A DNA stretch of 63,828 bases, filler included, from Chiloscyllium plagiosum (lineage: Eukaryota): NCBI RefSeq assembly GCF_004010195.1. It is 3 parts of one record of this genome, joined end to end, with 100 filler letters (N's around TTAATTAATTAA, not from the genome) between each part and the next. Parts side by side here need not be neighbours in the genome. Positions count along the whole stretch, not along the records: positions 29,154 to 60,306 come from NC_057717.1; positions 60,407 to 63,828 come from NC_057717.1; 1 more part is not named here. One strand, written 5' to 3'. The position numbers and the translations under genes are program-made. Shown in pieces: positions 48,791 through 62,181 of this stretch. Every line of letters begins with the position of its first letter. Position 1 is the stretch's first letter. Under the pieces are notes generated by a model that saw nothing but the letters and a program-made list of their open reading frames with translations, searched no databases and was not told the DNA's origin.

Positions 48791-49396
48791 GGGGAAAATT
48801 CCCCGGAACATTTTATCTCCAACTGACATTCCCCGGAACACTGACATTGTTTGTGAACGACCAAATGAACAAACGATAAAATTCCGAAAGAAGAGATCCC
48901 ATTCCAGGGAGAAGGAAACACTCTTCAGATGTTACCTCAGGCATTTCAAGGGGTGAATACATTTAACCTGTGTTTACATTTTTCACGAAACAGGATCGAC
49001 CACAATTTAGACCAAAATACAGAAATTCCTAAACTCTGTTTATCTTCAGTTACCTGGGAGAGAATCCTTCAGGACAGCAACGTTTTCATCCTCCGTATTC
49101 GGAACTGGAAAGAAGTGGTCTGTGTCTACTCTCGAGTAATTGTGTATGTGGGAATGTTTTAGACACCATCTGTCCTTTTGCATCTGTGTCTGTGTGTTTG
49201 GGGAGGGAGAATTTCTTGTGGTTTATGTCACATTTTTGTCAGTAATTCAGATTCTCTCGTTTGTTATTTCAGCTCCAATTATTGTAATAAATCCCTGAAT
49301 GCAGGGACACATTTGAAAATCTCACTGGGTCCCCAATCAAATGGGTCCCTTTGCCTCCAGGCTGATGGATAATGGGTTTGTCTTCCTTCCTCACAG

Positions 49397-49854
49397 TTAA
49401 CGTAGTGACCATCTACGTCCTGCTTTATAAAGATTGTGGATTGTCTCCATGTGTCAGACGTTACCTGGGGGCCATGGCAGCGGCGGATCTCCTGGTCATT
49501 ATCCTCGACCTGATCCTGAGACACATTCCCATTATTTATGAGGAACAGTTTTATTTCCTGAAGAAATTCGTCCGCGTGTGTAATATTCACGCCGTCCTGC
49601 TTTATGCAGCCACTGACTGCTCTGTCTGGTTCACCGTCACTTTCACCTTTGATCGGTTTGTGGCCATTTGTTGCCAGAAGCTGAAAAGTAAATATTGCAA
49701 TGAGAAAACGGCGGCTGTGGTTCTGGGAGCAGTGACTGTGCTCAGCTGTTTAAAGAACATTTCCTGGTATTTTATGCCCAAGGCTCGGTATTGGCTGATG
49801 AACACCCCCTGGTTTTGTCATGTAACAGCCGCTGTTCGTTTCTCCAGTGTCTGG
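49397..49854 (+). CDS. Exon 2 (partial; TM1 end to ECL2) of a GPR139-like class A GPCR; remainder in gap
   Basis: Acceptor TCTTCCTTCCTCACAG|TT AAC; open frame with YLGAMAAADLLVII (TM2), CSVWFTVTFTFDRFVAIC (TM3, DRF), TM4 and ECL2 Cys; AATAAA near 50483 may be its polyA signal. Confidence 0.92.
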
Positions 49855-50989
49855 NNNNNNNNNNNNNNNNNNNNNNNNNNNNNNNNNNNNNNNNNNNNNN
49901 NNNNNNNNNNNNNNNNNNNNNNNNNNNNNNNNNNNNNNNNNNNNNNNNNNNNNNNNNNNNNNNNNNNNNNNNNNNNNNNNNNNNNNNNNNNNNNNNNNNN
50001 NNNNNNNNNNNNNNNNNNNNNNNNNNNNNNNNNNNNNNNNNNNNNNNNNNNNNNNNNNNNNNNNNNNNNNNNNNNNNNNNNNNNNNNNNNNNNNNNNNNN
50101 NNNNNNNNNNNNNNNNNNNNNNNNNNNNNNNNNNNNNNNNNNNNNNNNNNNNNNNNNNNNNNNNNNNNNNNNNNNNNNNNNNNNNNNNNNNNNNNNNNNN
50201 NNNNNNNNNNNNNNNNNNNNCAACCAAATCCATTCATCAATCAAATTCCCTCATTAATCAATCCATCCGGGATTTTCTCATTTCAGAGCAGAGTTCCAGC
50301 GATGAAGCAGACAGTCGCTATGCTAACAGATTGAGGGCAGCGTTGGTTTGTCCATTCTTATCCCACAGTGGGGAGGGGGTGGGGGAGTCGGTTACAGGGG
50401 GACATTTCAATGTTTCCAACAACTCAGGGGGCAGTGAGAAAATACATCATCCCACTGACTGTATCCATCACTTCAATTTGTAATAAATAAAAATGTTCAT
50501 TAAAAAGTGCTGAGCAGCAGAGTGACCGATGTCATTGTGTGTCTTTGTGTTGGAGAAGCTGAGCTGGAGAGAGACAGACTTAGCCCCAAGTCCTGGTCCT
50601 CAGTGAAGTGGAGGGGACTGGGTCCTGAGCTCAGGAGTTGGTTTTAACCCCTTTCTGCCTTTGTTTTTATATTTGGGTCTCCCCACTCCAACCTGGCCTC
50701 CCCATATCCTCTCCCCCTTTCTTTCTCCTAATTTCTCTCCCTCTCTCTCTTGCACACTCTCTTTCACTCTCCCTCTTCCCCCCGCCTTTCTATCTCTCAT
50801 TCAACCACCGGTTTGTCCACCGTACTCCACTCTTTTCTCTCCCCCTCCCCTTCACTCTCACCCTTCTGCTGTCCCTGTCTCCCTCCCGCAACTCCGTTTC
50901 TACACCATTTTCCTCCTTATCTAACGTCCCACATCTCTCTAACCTCTCAACCCCTGCACATGCAGCCTCACCACCAAAATGCTAGTCTA

Positions 50990-53900
50990 TGGTGCGGGAG
51001 AGGGAAGGATCAGGGAGACAGGGTGTGTCAGATAGAGAGTGAGGAAGGGAGAGGAGGGAGGGAGATTCAGTCAACGAGAAATGGGGGAAGCTGGGGAGGG
51101 AGAGAGGTAGTCAAAGAGCGAGGCCGGGAAGGGGCGAGGTATAGAGAGAGAGAGGAGAGGTAGAGTGTGAGAAAGAGTGAGAGAGGCGGAGGAGAGATGG
51201 GGTGAAAGACAGAGAGTCAGATAGAGGGAAAGAGTGAGGGATGCGAGAGACAGAGAGTGGGCGAGACAGGGATAGAGTGAGAGACTGGGCGAGGGAGGGG
51301 GCGAGAGAGAGAGAGACAAAGTGGGGCAGAAAAAGAGAGGAAGAGAGNNNNNNNNNNNNNNNNNNNNNNNNNNNNNNNNNNNNNNNNNNNNNNNNNNNNN
51401 NNNNNNNNNNNNNNNNNNNNNNNNNNNNNNNNNNNNNNNNNNNNNNNNNNNNNNNNNNNNNNNNNNNNNNNNNNGAGACTGTGGGAGAGAGAGAGATAGA
51501 GACAGAGATGGAGCCAGAGAGACAGAGGTGCGGAGAGAGAGAAAGGGGCAGGAGAGTGAGGGTGGGGGACGAGAGAGAGAGTGAGGCGGGCCAAACGAGA
51601 AAGTGTATGATAGGGAGAGAGAAGGCAGGGCAACAGAGAGAGTACATGAGTGAGTCAAAGATGGAGGCCGAAAGAGAGAGAGGGCGTCGAGACAGAGTGA
51701 GGGCGCAAGAGGGGTTTTGAGAGGAAGGGGGCGAGAGAGGGAGAGTGAGAGAAAGTGCGAGAGGGGGCTGGAGACGAAAAGAGGGTCAAGAGAGGGAGGG
51801 ATGAGAAAGGGATACGAGAGGAGAGAGCACGAGAGCGAGACTGAGAGAGTGAGAGAGAGGGAGAGAAATGCTGCTAGAGAGAGGGGACGGGAGAGAGAAT
51901 CACAGAGAGGAAGCAATCGATGGAGAGAGGCGGTGAGCGTGAGAGAGGGTGAGGAATCAGAGATAAAGACAGAGTTGGTGAGAGACAAAGGTTGGGCTAG
52001 AGAGTGATAGAGATACAGAGAGGGTGTGAGCGAGAGGGGGAGAGAGAGATGGGGCAAGAGAGCGATAGAGGGGTGAAAGAGAGGTTGTGAGTGAGAGAAG
52101 AGAGAGGGAGGCGAGACAGAGAGAAGGGGCGAAGATGGTGCAAGAGATAGAGGGTGAGGGCGAGAGCGAGATAGAGCGAGAGAGTCGGAGAGAGGATTAG
52201 AGAGAAAGAGAGAGAGAAAGTGCGTGAGAGCGAGAGAGTGAGAACGAGACAGAATGACAGAGGGTGAGAGAGAGGGTGAGAGGAAGAGAGAGGGCGAGAG
52301 ACGGCTAGAGTGGAAGTGATGGGGCGAGAGAGCGAGAAAGAGAGGTTGAGAGGGAGAGACAGAAACAGGAAAAGAAAGGGCAAGAGAGAGAGAGTGAGAG
52401 AGTGGGCAAGAGAGATAGCAAGAGAGAGAGATTGCGAGAGGATGCAGAGAGACAGACAGACGGGGGGGCGAGAGAGGGACAGAGAGAGGGCAAGAGAGAT
52501 GGCGAGAGATAAGGGCGAGAGAGAGAGAGCAAAGGATGAGAGAGAGAGCGAATGTGAGAGAGAGCGAGTGGGAGCGAGCGTGATAGTGAGAGAGAGGGGA
52601 CAGCGAGAGGGAGAGGGTGAGCGAGAAACCGAGAGAGGGCATGCCAGTGAGAGAGAGAGGGGCGAGTGAGAGTGAGGGGAAGAGCGAGAGAGAGCGAGAA
52701 AGCGAGTGAGGGGGCATGCAAGGAAGAGGGGTGCGTGAGTGAGAGACAAAGATGGCGACCGAGAGAGTGCCGGGGCGAGCGAGAGAGAGAGTGAGACGCA
52801 AATGAGACTGAGAGATATGGTGTGAGTGAGAGAGAGAAGAAGTGCGAGAGGGAGCGAGCATGGGGGGAGCGAGATACAGTGGTGGCAAACGAGAGAGATT
52901 GAGAGAGAGGGGAGTGTATGGGATAGAGAAAGGCTTGAGCGATTTGGGGGTTGAGGAAGAGTTACAGAGGGTGGAGCAACACGGGGGTTTGAGGGAAAGA
53001 GCAGGGTGCTGAGGAATGTTATAGAGGGGACAAGTGAGAGAGAGAGATGGAGTGAGATCGAGAGATAGGGGTTAAGGGAGAGTTATAGAGGTGGTGAGCG
53101 AGAGTTATAGAAGGGCGAGAGAGAAAGGCTCGAGAGAGAGAGGGATGTTGAGGGAGAGCTATAGAGGAGGTGAGCGAGAGAGGGATAAACTAGAGAGAGG
53201 GATGTTGAAGGATCGTTATAGAGGGTGCGAATGACAGAGCGGGGTGTGCGAGAGAAACGGAGGTGAGCAAGAGAAGGGGTGAGGGAAATTATAGAGGGGA
53301 AGAGTAAGAGAGAGAAAGAGTTGGTGAGTGAGTCAACGAGGTTGGGCGAGAGAGAAAGAATGGCGACCGAGAGAGAGAATGAGTGTGTGAAAGAGAGAGG
53401 AGTAAGGGAGGGAGACTGAAAAAGAGTGAAAAACAGATTGCGCGAGACAGCAAGGGAGAGAAAGTTTGTGAGAGAGAAGGAGGCGAGACACAGGGGGCAG
53501 TGTAGAGAGAAGGGACAACAGAGGGGAGAGAGATGGAGAGAAAGTGTGCAAGAGAGAGAGGTTGCGGGGGTTGCAAAACAGAGAGAGAGAGCAAGGGTTT
53601 GGGTGCGAGTAAAAGATGGAGCGGTCAACAGCGAAAGTGTGAATGCGAGAGACAGAAAAAGAACAAGAGAGAGAGAGAGACCGCGAGGGGGCGAGCGAGA
53701 CAGGGGATAAGAGAGAGGGGGGCAAAAGAGAGAGGGTGTGCAGAGAGAGACAAGGTGCAATCAAGGCACAGGGTGCGCATGAGAGAGAGAGGGCGAGAGC
53801 AAAACAGAGAGAGAGTGAGAGAGATGGAGGGCGAGACTGAGACTGAGAGAGCGGTGGCAGAGAGAGAGGTTTGTGTGAGAGAGAGAGATGGAGAGAAAGA

Positions 53901-55762
53901 GAAAAAGGCAGTTCGAGAGAAGAGAGAATGGGCGAGAGATGGCGACAGTGAGAGAGACAAAAAGAGAGAGACAGAGAGAGAGCGAGACAGAGAAGGTGAG
54001 GGAGAGGGTGCGAGAGAGAGGGGCAGAGAGAGAAAGGCGGTTCGAGAGAGAGGGAGAGAGAGAATGGGCGAGAGATGGCGAGAGAGAGAGAGACAGAGAG
54101 AGAGANNNNNNNNNNGAGGGGGGCGAGAGAGAGGGGCAGAGTGAGAGGGCTGAGAGTGAGAGAGTGTGCGAGAGCGAGAGAGGATGAAATGGGGCGAGAG
54201 AGAGACAGAGACTGCGAGAGAGAGTGGGCTCGAGAGTGAGAGAAGGCGTGTGCAAGAGAGACAGAGAGACAAGGGGTCAGATAGAGAGAGGGAGAAAGAG
54301 AGAGGGAGAGAGAGAGAGGCGAGCGAAGAAAGAGTTTGCAGGCGAGAGAGAGGAAGAGGAGAGAGAGGGTGAGGGAGTAGAAGAAAGACAGAAAGAGAGG
54401 GTGCGTGAGACAGAGACAGCGAGAGGGGGCCACACAGGAAGCGGGGGTGACACAGTGAGGGCAAGAGAGAGTGAGAGGGCGAGCGGGGGCGAGGCAGGGA
54501 GAGAAGGCGAGACTGACATAGAAAGGGTGAGAGAGAGAGAGCGCAAGTAGGGACGAGAGACAAACAGAGGGGGCGAGAGAGTGAGAGAGGTTTTTAGAAA
54601 GGTGCAAAGGGACGAGGGACCGAGAGCGAGACAGAGAGAGAGAAGTTGACAGAGTGTGCGAGAGATAGAGGGTGTGAGACAAAGAGGGTGAAAGACATGG
54701 CGAGATGGGGCTAGAGAGAAAGCGAGAAGGCAACAGAGCGGGAGAAGGTGAGGGAGAGATAGAGAGAAAGAGAGGGCAAGAGCGAGAGAGAGGGGTGAGC
54801 ATGAGCGAGAGAGGGTGGGCGAACGAGATAGAGAGAGGCGGGCAAGAGAAAGAGGGTGAGCGAGAGATGGAGTGGTAAACTATAGAGGGAGATAGAGCGG
54901 GGGTGCGAGAGAGGGAGACCAGCGAGAGATAGAGAGACAGAGGGGCAAATGAGAGAGAGAGAGAGCACGAGGGACGATTGAGAGAGAGGAAATGAGAGAG
55001 GGAGGAGTGAGAGCGAGAGTGAGAGGGCAAGAGAGAGCCAGTGAGAGAGAGAAAGACAGAGAGAGAGTGAAAGCGAGAGAGACAGAGAGAGAGAGAGAGA
55101 GAGACAGATGGAGAGTGCGCGAAAGAGCGAGAGCTAGTGGACAAGGGAGAGAGATAGGAAGCAAGAGAGATAGAGGGGGTAAGACAGAGAGGAGATGAGA
55201 GTGAGAGGGGGCAAGAGAGAGGGAGAGTGGGAGAAAAAGATTGCGAGAGAGAGATGGTTGAGAGAGACAGAGAGTGGGGTGAGAGAGAGAACGAGGGGGT
55301 GAGAGACAGTGAGCGAGACAGGGAGAGTGTGGTTGAGACAGAGATTGAGAGAGAGATGAAACGAGAGAGAGAGTGGGCGATAGAGAGGGGGTGACACAGA
55401 GAGAGACAGAGAGTCTGTCCGAGAGCGCGAGGGAAAGTAAGTGCATGAGAGTGAGGGAGGGCGGAGATTATGAAGATCAAGAAGAAGAAGCAAGAGAGAT
55501 GGAGAGAGGGAGAGGGAGAGAGGGGGGGGGGAAGAAAGTGTGGAAGAGAGCGTGGATGAGAGGTCAGAGAGAGCGAGGATGTGGGCAAGAGGAAGAGATA
55601 GAGACAGGGCAAGAGCGAGAGTGTTAGTGAGAGGGGGCAGAGAGAGAGGGGATGAGAGAGAGCGAGAGGGAGACAGAACGCGAGTCAGGGAGAGAGATGA
55701 GGACTCTGTATGTGTGTGTGTAAGAGAGAGCGAGAGAGAATGGGCAAGAGATGCCGAGACAC

Positions 55763-55806
<44 letters not shown>

Positions 55807-58800
55807 GGCGACAGAGAGAGGGAGAGACAAAGAAAGCAAGAGAGGGAAAGAGAAGCCGAGGTGGCAAGAGACAGAGGGGGATGAAAGAGAGGGGTTGACA
55901 GAGAGCGTGCGTGAGAGCGGGCAAGAGCGAGAGAGAAAGGTCGACAGCGAGAGAGCAAGAGCAGGAGAGGGTGAAAGCGGGCGAGAGAGAAAGAGAGGGA
56001 GAGAGAAAGACAGCGAGAGGCGAGAGGGAGATGGGGAGAGGGAGAGAGAGAGTGAAAGAAGGAGAGGTGGGTTTAGCGAGAGAGCGAGATAAAGAGGTGA
56101 GGAAAGAGAGAAGAAGAAGTCAGATAGGGCGAGAGAGAGCGAGACAGAGCAAGACTGAGAGTGATGGACCGAGAGGGAGGCAGCGAGATAGAGAGAGAGA
56201 GTGAAGAAGAGAGATAGGGAGAGAAAGGGATCAAGAGAGAGAGAGAGTGAGAGAGCGAGTGTGCGAGAGAGAAGGGTGTGTGAGAGAGGGATTAATAGAG
56301 AGGGAGTGAGAGAGATGGGGTGGGAGTGAGAAAGAGGGTGTCTGAGAGAGAGAGACGGGCTAAGAGAGAGGGGGTGAGAGAGAGAGGAGCGAGAGTGAGA
56401 GAGTGGGTTACTGAGAGAGGCGAGAGAAAGATGAGGAGAGAGTTATAGAGAGGGAATGAGAGAGTGAGAGACGGCGAAGGAGAGCGAGGCAGCCAGCGTG
56501 AGGGAACGAGAGCGAGAGGAGTTGAGAGAGAGTGTGTAAGAGAGAGAATAGAGAGCGAGAGTGAGAGCGAGAAAGGGGTGAGAGAGAGTTGGAGAGGGGA
56601 CAAGGTACTAGAGAGGAGGTCAGAGAGAGCGAAAATGTCGGCAAGAGGAAGACATAGAAATAGGGCAAGAGCGAGAGTGTGAGCGAGAGAGGGAGCAGAG
56701 AGAGAGGGGGGATGAGAGACAGCGAGTGCGAGAGAGAGTGAGACGGAACGGGGGCAGAGAGAATGAGAGGAGGACTGTGTGTGGGAGAGAGAGTGGGAAT
56801 GGGCAAGAGATGGCGAGAGAGAGCGAAAGAAACGGGGAGAGAGAGAGAGGAAGCGAGAGAGAGAGGGAGAGACAGAAAGAAGGCAAGAGAGAGAGAAGGC
56901 GAGGTAACAAGAGAGGGGGGGATGAAAGAGAAGGGTTGAGAGAGAGCGCGTGAGAGAGGATAGAGTGAGAGGGAGAGGGCGAGAGCGAGAGGGCAAGATC
57001 GGGAGAGGGTGAAAGGGGGCGAGAGAGAGAGAGAGAAGGAGTCCGAGGGAGAGAGAGTGAGATAGCGAGAGGTGAGAGGGAGATGGGGAGAGGGAGTGAA
57101 AGAAGGAGAGGTAGGGTTAGAGAGCAAGCGAGAGAGAGAGAGAAAGGGGTGGCGAAAGTGAGAGGGGGAGGAAGTCAGAAAAGGCGAGACAAAGCAAGAT
57201 GGAGCAAGAGCGAGAGTGATGGACCAAGAGAAGGCGGCGAGATAGAGAGGAGGGGGGAGAGAGATTGTGAGGAATAGAGAGGGAGCAAGAGAGAGAGTGA
57301 GAGAGAGACGGGGACTAGAGAGGGGTGAGAGAGCGAGAGGCAGAGAGAGTGATAGAGCGACAGCAAGGGTGGCGAGGCAAAGAGAGAGGCTGCGAGAGAG
57401 GGGGTAAGCGAGCGAGAGAAAGGGAGAGACAGAGGGAGACAGAGAGAGAGCTAGAGAGAGAGAAGGGGCGAGAGAGGGGGGATAAGAGCGGGTGAAAACA
57501 GTAGAGAGAGGAGAAGGCCGAGAGGAGGAGGCTGAGTGAGAGATATAGAGGGAGAACGAGGGAGAGAAGCAGTCGAGAGCACGAGAGACATGGTGTGACA
57601 GAGAGAGAGAGGGTACAGAGTGAGATTGGGAGAGGGGGTAGAGGGGGCGAGAGCGAGAGGGGATAAGAGAAATGGATGAGAGAGAGCAGGAGAGACAGTG
57701 AGAGGGACAGCGAGAGAGGAAGAAACAGGGCGAGAAAGAAAGAGGAATAGGCCGGGAGGCAGAGGCAGAGAGAGAGAGAGAGAGTGGGCACAAGAGAGCA
57801 AGGGAGAGAAAATGTGTGATAATAAGTAAGGGCAAAAGAGGGAGAGACAGATGGGTGAGAGTCCAAGAGAGAGGGGCGAGAGGGAGAAAAGGGCATGAAA
57901 AAGAGAGAGAGAGAGAGGGTGCGAGAAACGGTCAACAGAGCAAGAGAGAGAGCGGGAGCGAGATTGGGTTGCGCAAGTGAGAGACGCAGAAGGGTTAAGC
58001 CATGGTTATAGAGAGGGTTAGAAAGCAATGGGGTGAGCTAGATTGAGAGAGAGGGATGAGGCACGTGAGAGAGAGAAAAAGAGATGGGGCGAGCGAGAGA
58101 GAGAAATAGATGGGGTGAGCGAGAGAGCGGGAGCTTGAGCGAGTGAGAGAGAGATGGGGTGAGCAACAGAGAACGGACTGGCGAGCAAGAGATGGGAGTC
58201 GAGTGAAAGAGAGGGATTGGGGTGAGCGAAATAGAGAGAGTGGGCGAGAGAGGGAGAGATGGTGGGTGAGGGAGAGAGAGGAAAGAGAGAGAAAGAGGGG
58301 TGTGAGAAAGAGGGAAAGTGGGGGCGAGCGAGACAGAGATAGAGAGTGACAGAGTGGGGGAGTGCAACAAGGCAAGCGAGAGGGTGAAAGAGAGAGCAAG
58401 CAAGAGAAAGATTGTTGGTGTGTGAGAGAGAAGAAATATGGAGAGCCAGAGAAAGAGCGATGGCGTGTTAGAGAGAGTTAGCGAGAGAGGGAGCCAGAGA
58501 AAGAGAGGGAGTGAGACAGTCGATGCGAGAAAGCAAGGAAGTGTTTGAGAGCGAGTGGGATTGAGAAAAAGAGAAAGGGGCGCTTGAGACAGGGAAAGAG
58601 ATGGGGCGAGCAAGAGAGAGAGATGCGAGCGAGGGAGAGAGAGCCAGAGATTGGGTGAGCAAGAGAGAAAGCCGGGGCGAGCGAGAATGGGGAGTCGAGC
58701 GAGAGAGAGGGAATGGGGTGAGTGAGAGAGAGTGTGCGAGAGAGAGTGAAATCAGGCAAGCAAGAGAGTGAGTTTGGCGAGCGAGAAAGGGGGGCGACAG

Positions 58801-60306
58801 AGAGAGGGGGCGACAGAGAGAACCAAGGCAAGAGAGAGACAGACACAGTGTGGCAAGCGAGAGAGAGAGAGAGAGAGTGGTCGTAAGGGAGAGTAACAGA
58901 GGGGGCGAGCAAAAGAGAGAGTGCTCGTGGGAGAGAGGGTCGACAGACAGAGAGGCAGTCTGCCAGAGAGAGCGGAGGAAGCGAGAGATTGAGAGAAAGA
59001 GTGAGTGAGAGTGTGGAGGTCAATCGAGACTGAGAAAAAGATTGGATGAGAGAGAGCAAGAGAAAGCGGGTGTGCGAGAGAGAGAGAGAGGAGGCGAGCG
59101 AGAATATGAAGGAGGGAGCAAGCAAGAGTTGGCGAGAGAGACAGGCAGCGAGTGAAAGAGAGGGAACGTTGCGAGTGAGAGAGACAGGGGCTGAGAGACA
59201 GTGGGCTAGAGAGAGAGTGGGCGCGAGAGAGCAAGGGAGAAAAAGTGGGTGAGAGTGAGAGTTGGCGAGACAGAGAGAGAGGGTCGAGAGAGAGAAGAGC
59301 ACGACAGAGATAGACAGAGAGCGAGGGGGTGAGTGAGAGACAGAGCGAGATGGAGCAAGCAAGAGAGAGAGGTGTCGAGCGAGAGAGGGAGAGAGGGGCG
59401 AGTCAGGGAATGTAGCGAGCGAGAGAGAGAATGGTGTCAAGCAAGAGAGAGAGTTAGCGAGAGAGAGGAGTTGAGAGAGAGTAAGAGCGAGACAGAGAGT
59501 GGGTGTGAGAGAGCAAGGGAGAGAAAATGTGTGACAGAGTGTGGGGGCAAGAGAGAGAGATGTGAGAGACTGAGAGAAAAGTGGAGATTGAGGGAAGGGT
59601 GCGAAAGAAATACAGAGAGAAAAACAGAGAGAGAGGGGGGTGAGACAGAGAGCGAGAGAGAGAAGGGCCGAGTGAGAAACAGAGAAGCGGTGAACAGGAG
59701 CTATGGAGGAGTCGAGCAAGAGAGAGGGCTCGAGCAAGAGAGAAAGTGACAGATCTGCGGCGATGAAGAGAGAAAGCATTGGTAAGCGAGAGAGGGGAGT
59801 CGAGTGAGTGAGAGGGAATGGTGAGAGGGAGAGAGAGAGAGGGTGATAGAAAGATTGGGTCCAAGAGAGAGAGAATGAGCGAGAGAGAGAGAAGGTTAGG
59901 GAGATTTTTACGGGGGCAAGATAGAGAGAGAAAGGGGGCGAGCGAGAGAGAAAGGGCATGCAAGAGGGAGAGAAATAGGGAAAGGGGTGAGCAAGAGAGA
60001 GATGTCGCGAGAGAGAGGGGTGCGATAAACAGAGAAGGTGAGAGAAAGGGCAAGAGGAGGAGAGAGCGAGAGGGAGAGAGTACACGACAGGGAGGGTGTG
60101 AAAGAGAGAGTGGGGTGTGCAAGAGTGAGAGGAAGCGAGGGGTGAGCAAGAGAGAGAGGGCACGAGAGAAAGAGGGTGCGAGAGCGAGAGAGAGAGAAGA
60201 ATGAGAGAAACAGGGTGCAAGAGAGAGGGTGAAAGAGGGGGAAAGAGGAGGTGAGAGCGAGCGAGAGAGAGAGAATCTGAAAGAGAGAGGGGAAGAGGCG
60301 AGGCGA
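50990..60306 (+). repeat. ~9.3-kb degenerate (GA)n polypurine low-complexity tract
   Basis: Strongly purine-biased plus strand with recurring GGCGAGAGAG/GCAAGAGAG words; mirror CT-rich block at 50690-50950. Confidence 0.95.
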
Positions 60307-60350
60307 NNNNNNNNNNNNNNNNNNNNNNNNNNNNNNNNNNNNNNNNNNNN

Positions 60351-60362
60351 TTAATTAATTAA
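60351..60362. other. Artificial scaffold linker TTAATTAATTAA
   Basis: Same construct as 29098-29109. Confidence 0.9.
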
Positions 60363-60559
60363 NNNNNNNNNNNNNNNNNNNNNNNNNNNNNNNNNNNNNN
60401 NNNNNNGAATTAAAGCATCAGAGAATTCGGAGTAAACATTTCGACTCGAGTGAAACTTCCTCAGAGCAGTTCTTGACTGAAGCGTTCATTCTGATTTGTC
60501 TCCACTGATGCTGTCAGATCGACTGAGAATTTCTAGTAAATTCTATTTTTGTAGTTGCT

Positions 60560-61174
60560 TGGTAAGTGCGGGGTTGGAAAGAAAGGGTCGCGGAGTGTGA
60601 ATCTCTAAGGATTTGTGGGAGATTAGAAATGTAGTTTCTGCACGTGGTGGGTGGGGTGCTGCGAGGGTGGGACATTATACAAACGGTCGCGGAATTCTTG
60701 TAGCATGTAGCATGTAGCATACTTAAGGCTAAGACTTTAAAGAATATAGAGAGTCTTTCAAAGAAAATAGTTTTAAGCTAGGAAAAACTTTAAAGTGTTG
60801 TAGTTGATCACAAAAAGAACCAGCGGGGGCATTTCACAGTAAAGATTATAGTATGATAAGCGAAACTGGATAAAAGAATAAGCTGTAACAAACAAGGAAC
60901 AAAAAATGCAAACATATAAGGACAGCAGGATGTCCAGATCATAAACGAACGAGAGAGAAAAAAAACAAGTGTGCTCATCGGCTTATGATAGGATGGGAAA
61001 ATGGAGGCGTGATTCCACAACTTGGAAACTGAATAAGAAATCTAACATGCTCTGTTTTCGCGCGCATTTCTGCTTGATTGCAGAAGCGTCCGGTACTTGC
61101 AAGGCTGTAATAAATTGTTCTTGTTTCCAAGGATTTGTCTCAGGCTGATTTATGAGTGAGTTCTGTTTCTCACA
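60560..61174 (+). repeat. 5' LTR of the second ERV
   Basis: Ends CTCACA 2 nt before the PBS; AATAAA at 61109-61114; start inferred from (T/G)GTAAG where the preceding PLE remnant stops. Confidence 0.75.
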
Positions 61175-61176
61175 AT

Positions 61177-61196
61177 TGGGGGCCTCGTTCCGGGAT
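61177..61196 (+). promoter_or_regulatory. Primer binding site, tRNA-Pro type
   Basis: TGGGGGCCTCGTTCCGGGAT equals the MLV-type PBS TGGGGGCTCGTCCGGGAT with two 1-nt insertions. Confidence 0.9.
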
Positions 61197-62181
61197 CCAA
61201 AACTCCGACCGCTCGACACTCTTGGGATGACGGGGGAGGTGCACGTCGCCGATTTCGGTGATCTCCAACTCCCTTGCTTGTCGTTCGCGGTTAGGGCGAG
61301 TATGATCCGGACTTAGAAAAACCGAAAACAAGACGGCAGACGCGGCGGGTTCAGTCGGGCAACTCTTGTGCACAACACTCGGGTAGGGAAAGGTCTTAAA
61401 GGGTATATCCGGGCGACCGAGGACAGCGGTATTTGCTGCAGGAATTGCCGCGGGACGGGCGCACCGAAACGCCCAGGTAACTCTGTGCACAGACCATGGT
61501 AAGAAAAGAGACCTTAAAGTATGGCCTTGGTGGTTGGGACGTAGAAAGTATGGGTAATTGGCGATATATAAAATAAAGCATATGTCAATGGAAAAGAACC
61601 CGTGTCAGAAGGGCTAGTAGCTGAATGGCTACTGAGGGTGCACTTCATAACTAACCTATGACCAGACATCCAGAAAAAATATTCAAAAGCTCGAGGAGTT
61701 GTTGCGGGAAGCTCAAAGTATCTGTGAGACACGGTATCTGTGTGTATGTGTGAGAGAGAGAAGGAGCTGTGAAGGTAATAGAAAATTTAACCCTTTGTGA
61801 TTCGGTTTGAATACACATTTGTTTGTTGGTGAATGAATGCTTGTGCTTTGTTCCTTGGAGCTTGAGATCCGGACTGTTTTGAATCTGATTTCTATTCTGG
61901 AGATTTTAATATGATTTCTTTTAAAGTTAAGGATTTCAAAGATTATGAAATAAAATGTAAAATCATGTTATTTTTACAAGTCATGACTGCCTTGCTATCA
62001 GTTTCTAATTCATCACTTTTATCCTTGCGTAAAAGTGATTTATGGAGAACAGTTGAAGTTTAAAAAAAAAACATATAATTGGTCAGATTAATCGGACGAG
62101 TAAGGTGTCTAGTCAGGACCCTGAAGGGGGTGTGGAAGAAAGTGACACTGGACCTCGTTAAGATTAATTAAATTAGCAACA

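Noticed and set aside
49372..49396. ATG at 49372 as the GPCR start
   Set aside because: It lies in the polypyrimidine tract of the acceptor, and TM1 would be incomplete.
51071..60220. Long Ser/Leu- or Arg/Glu-rich ORFs (605, 759, 475, 580 aa)
   Set aside because: GA/CT low-complexity DNA lacks stop codons by composition; no domain signal.
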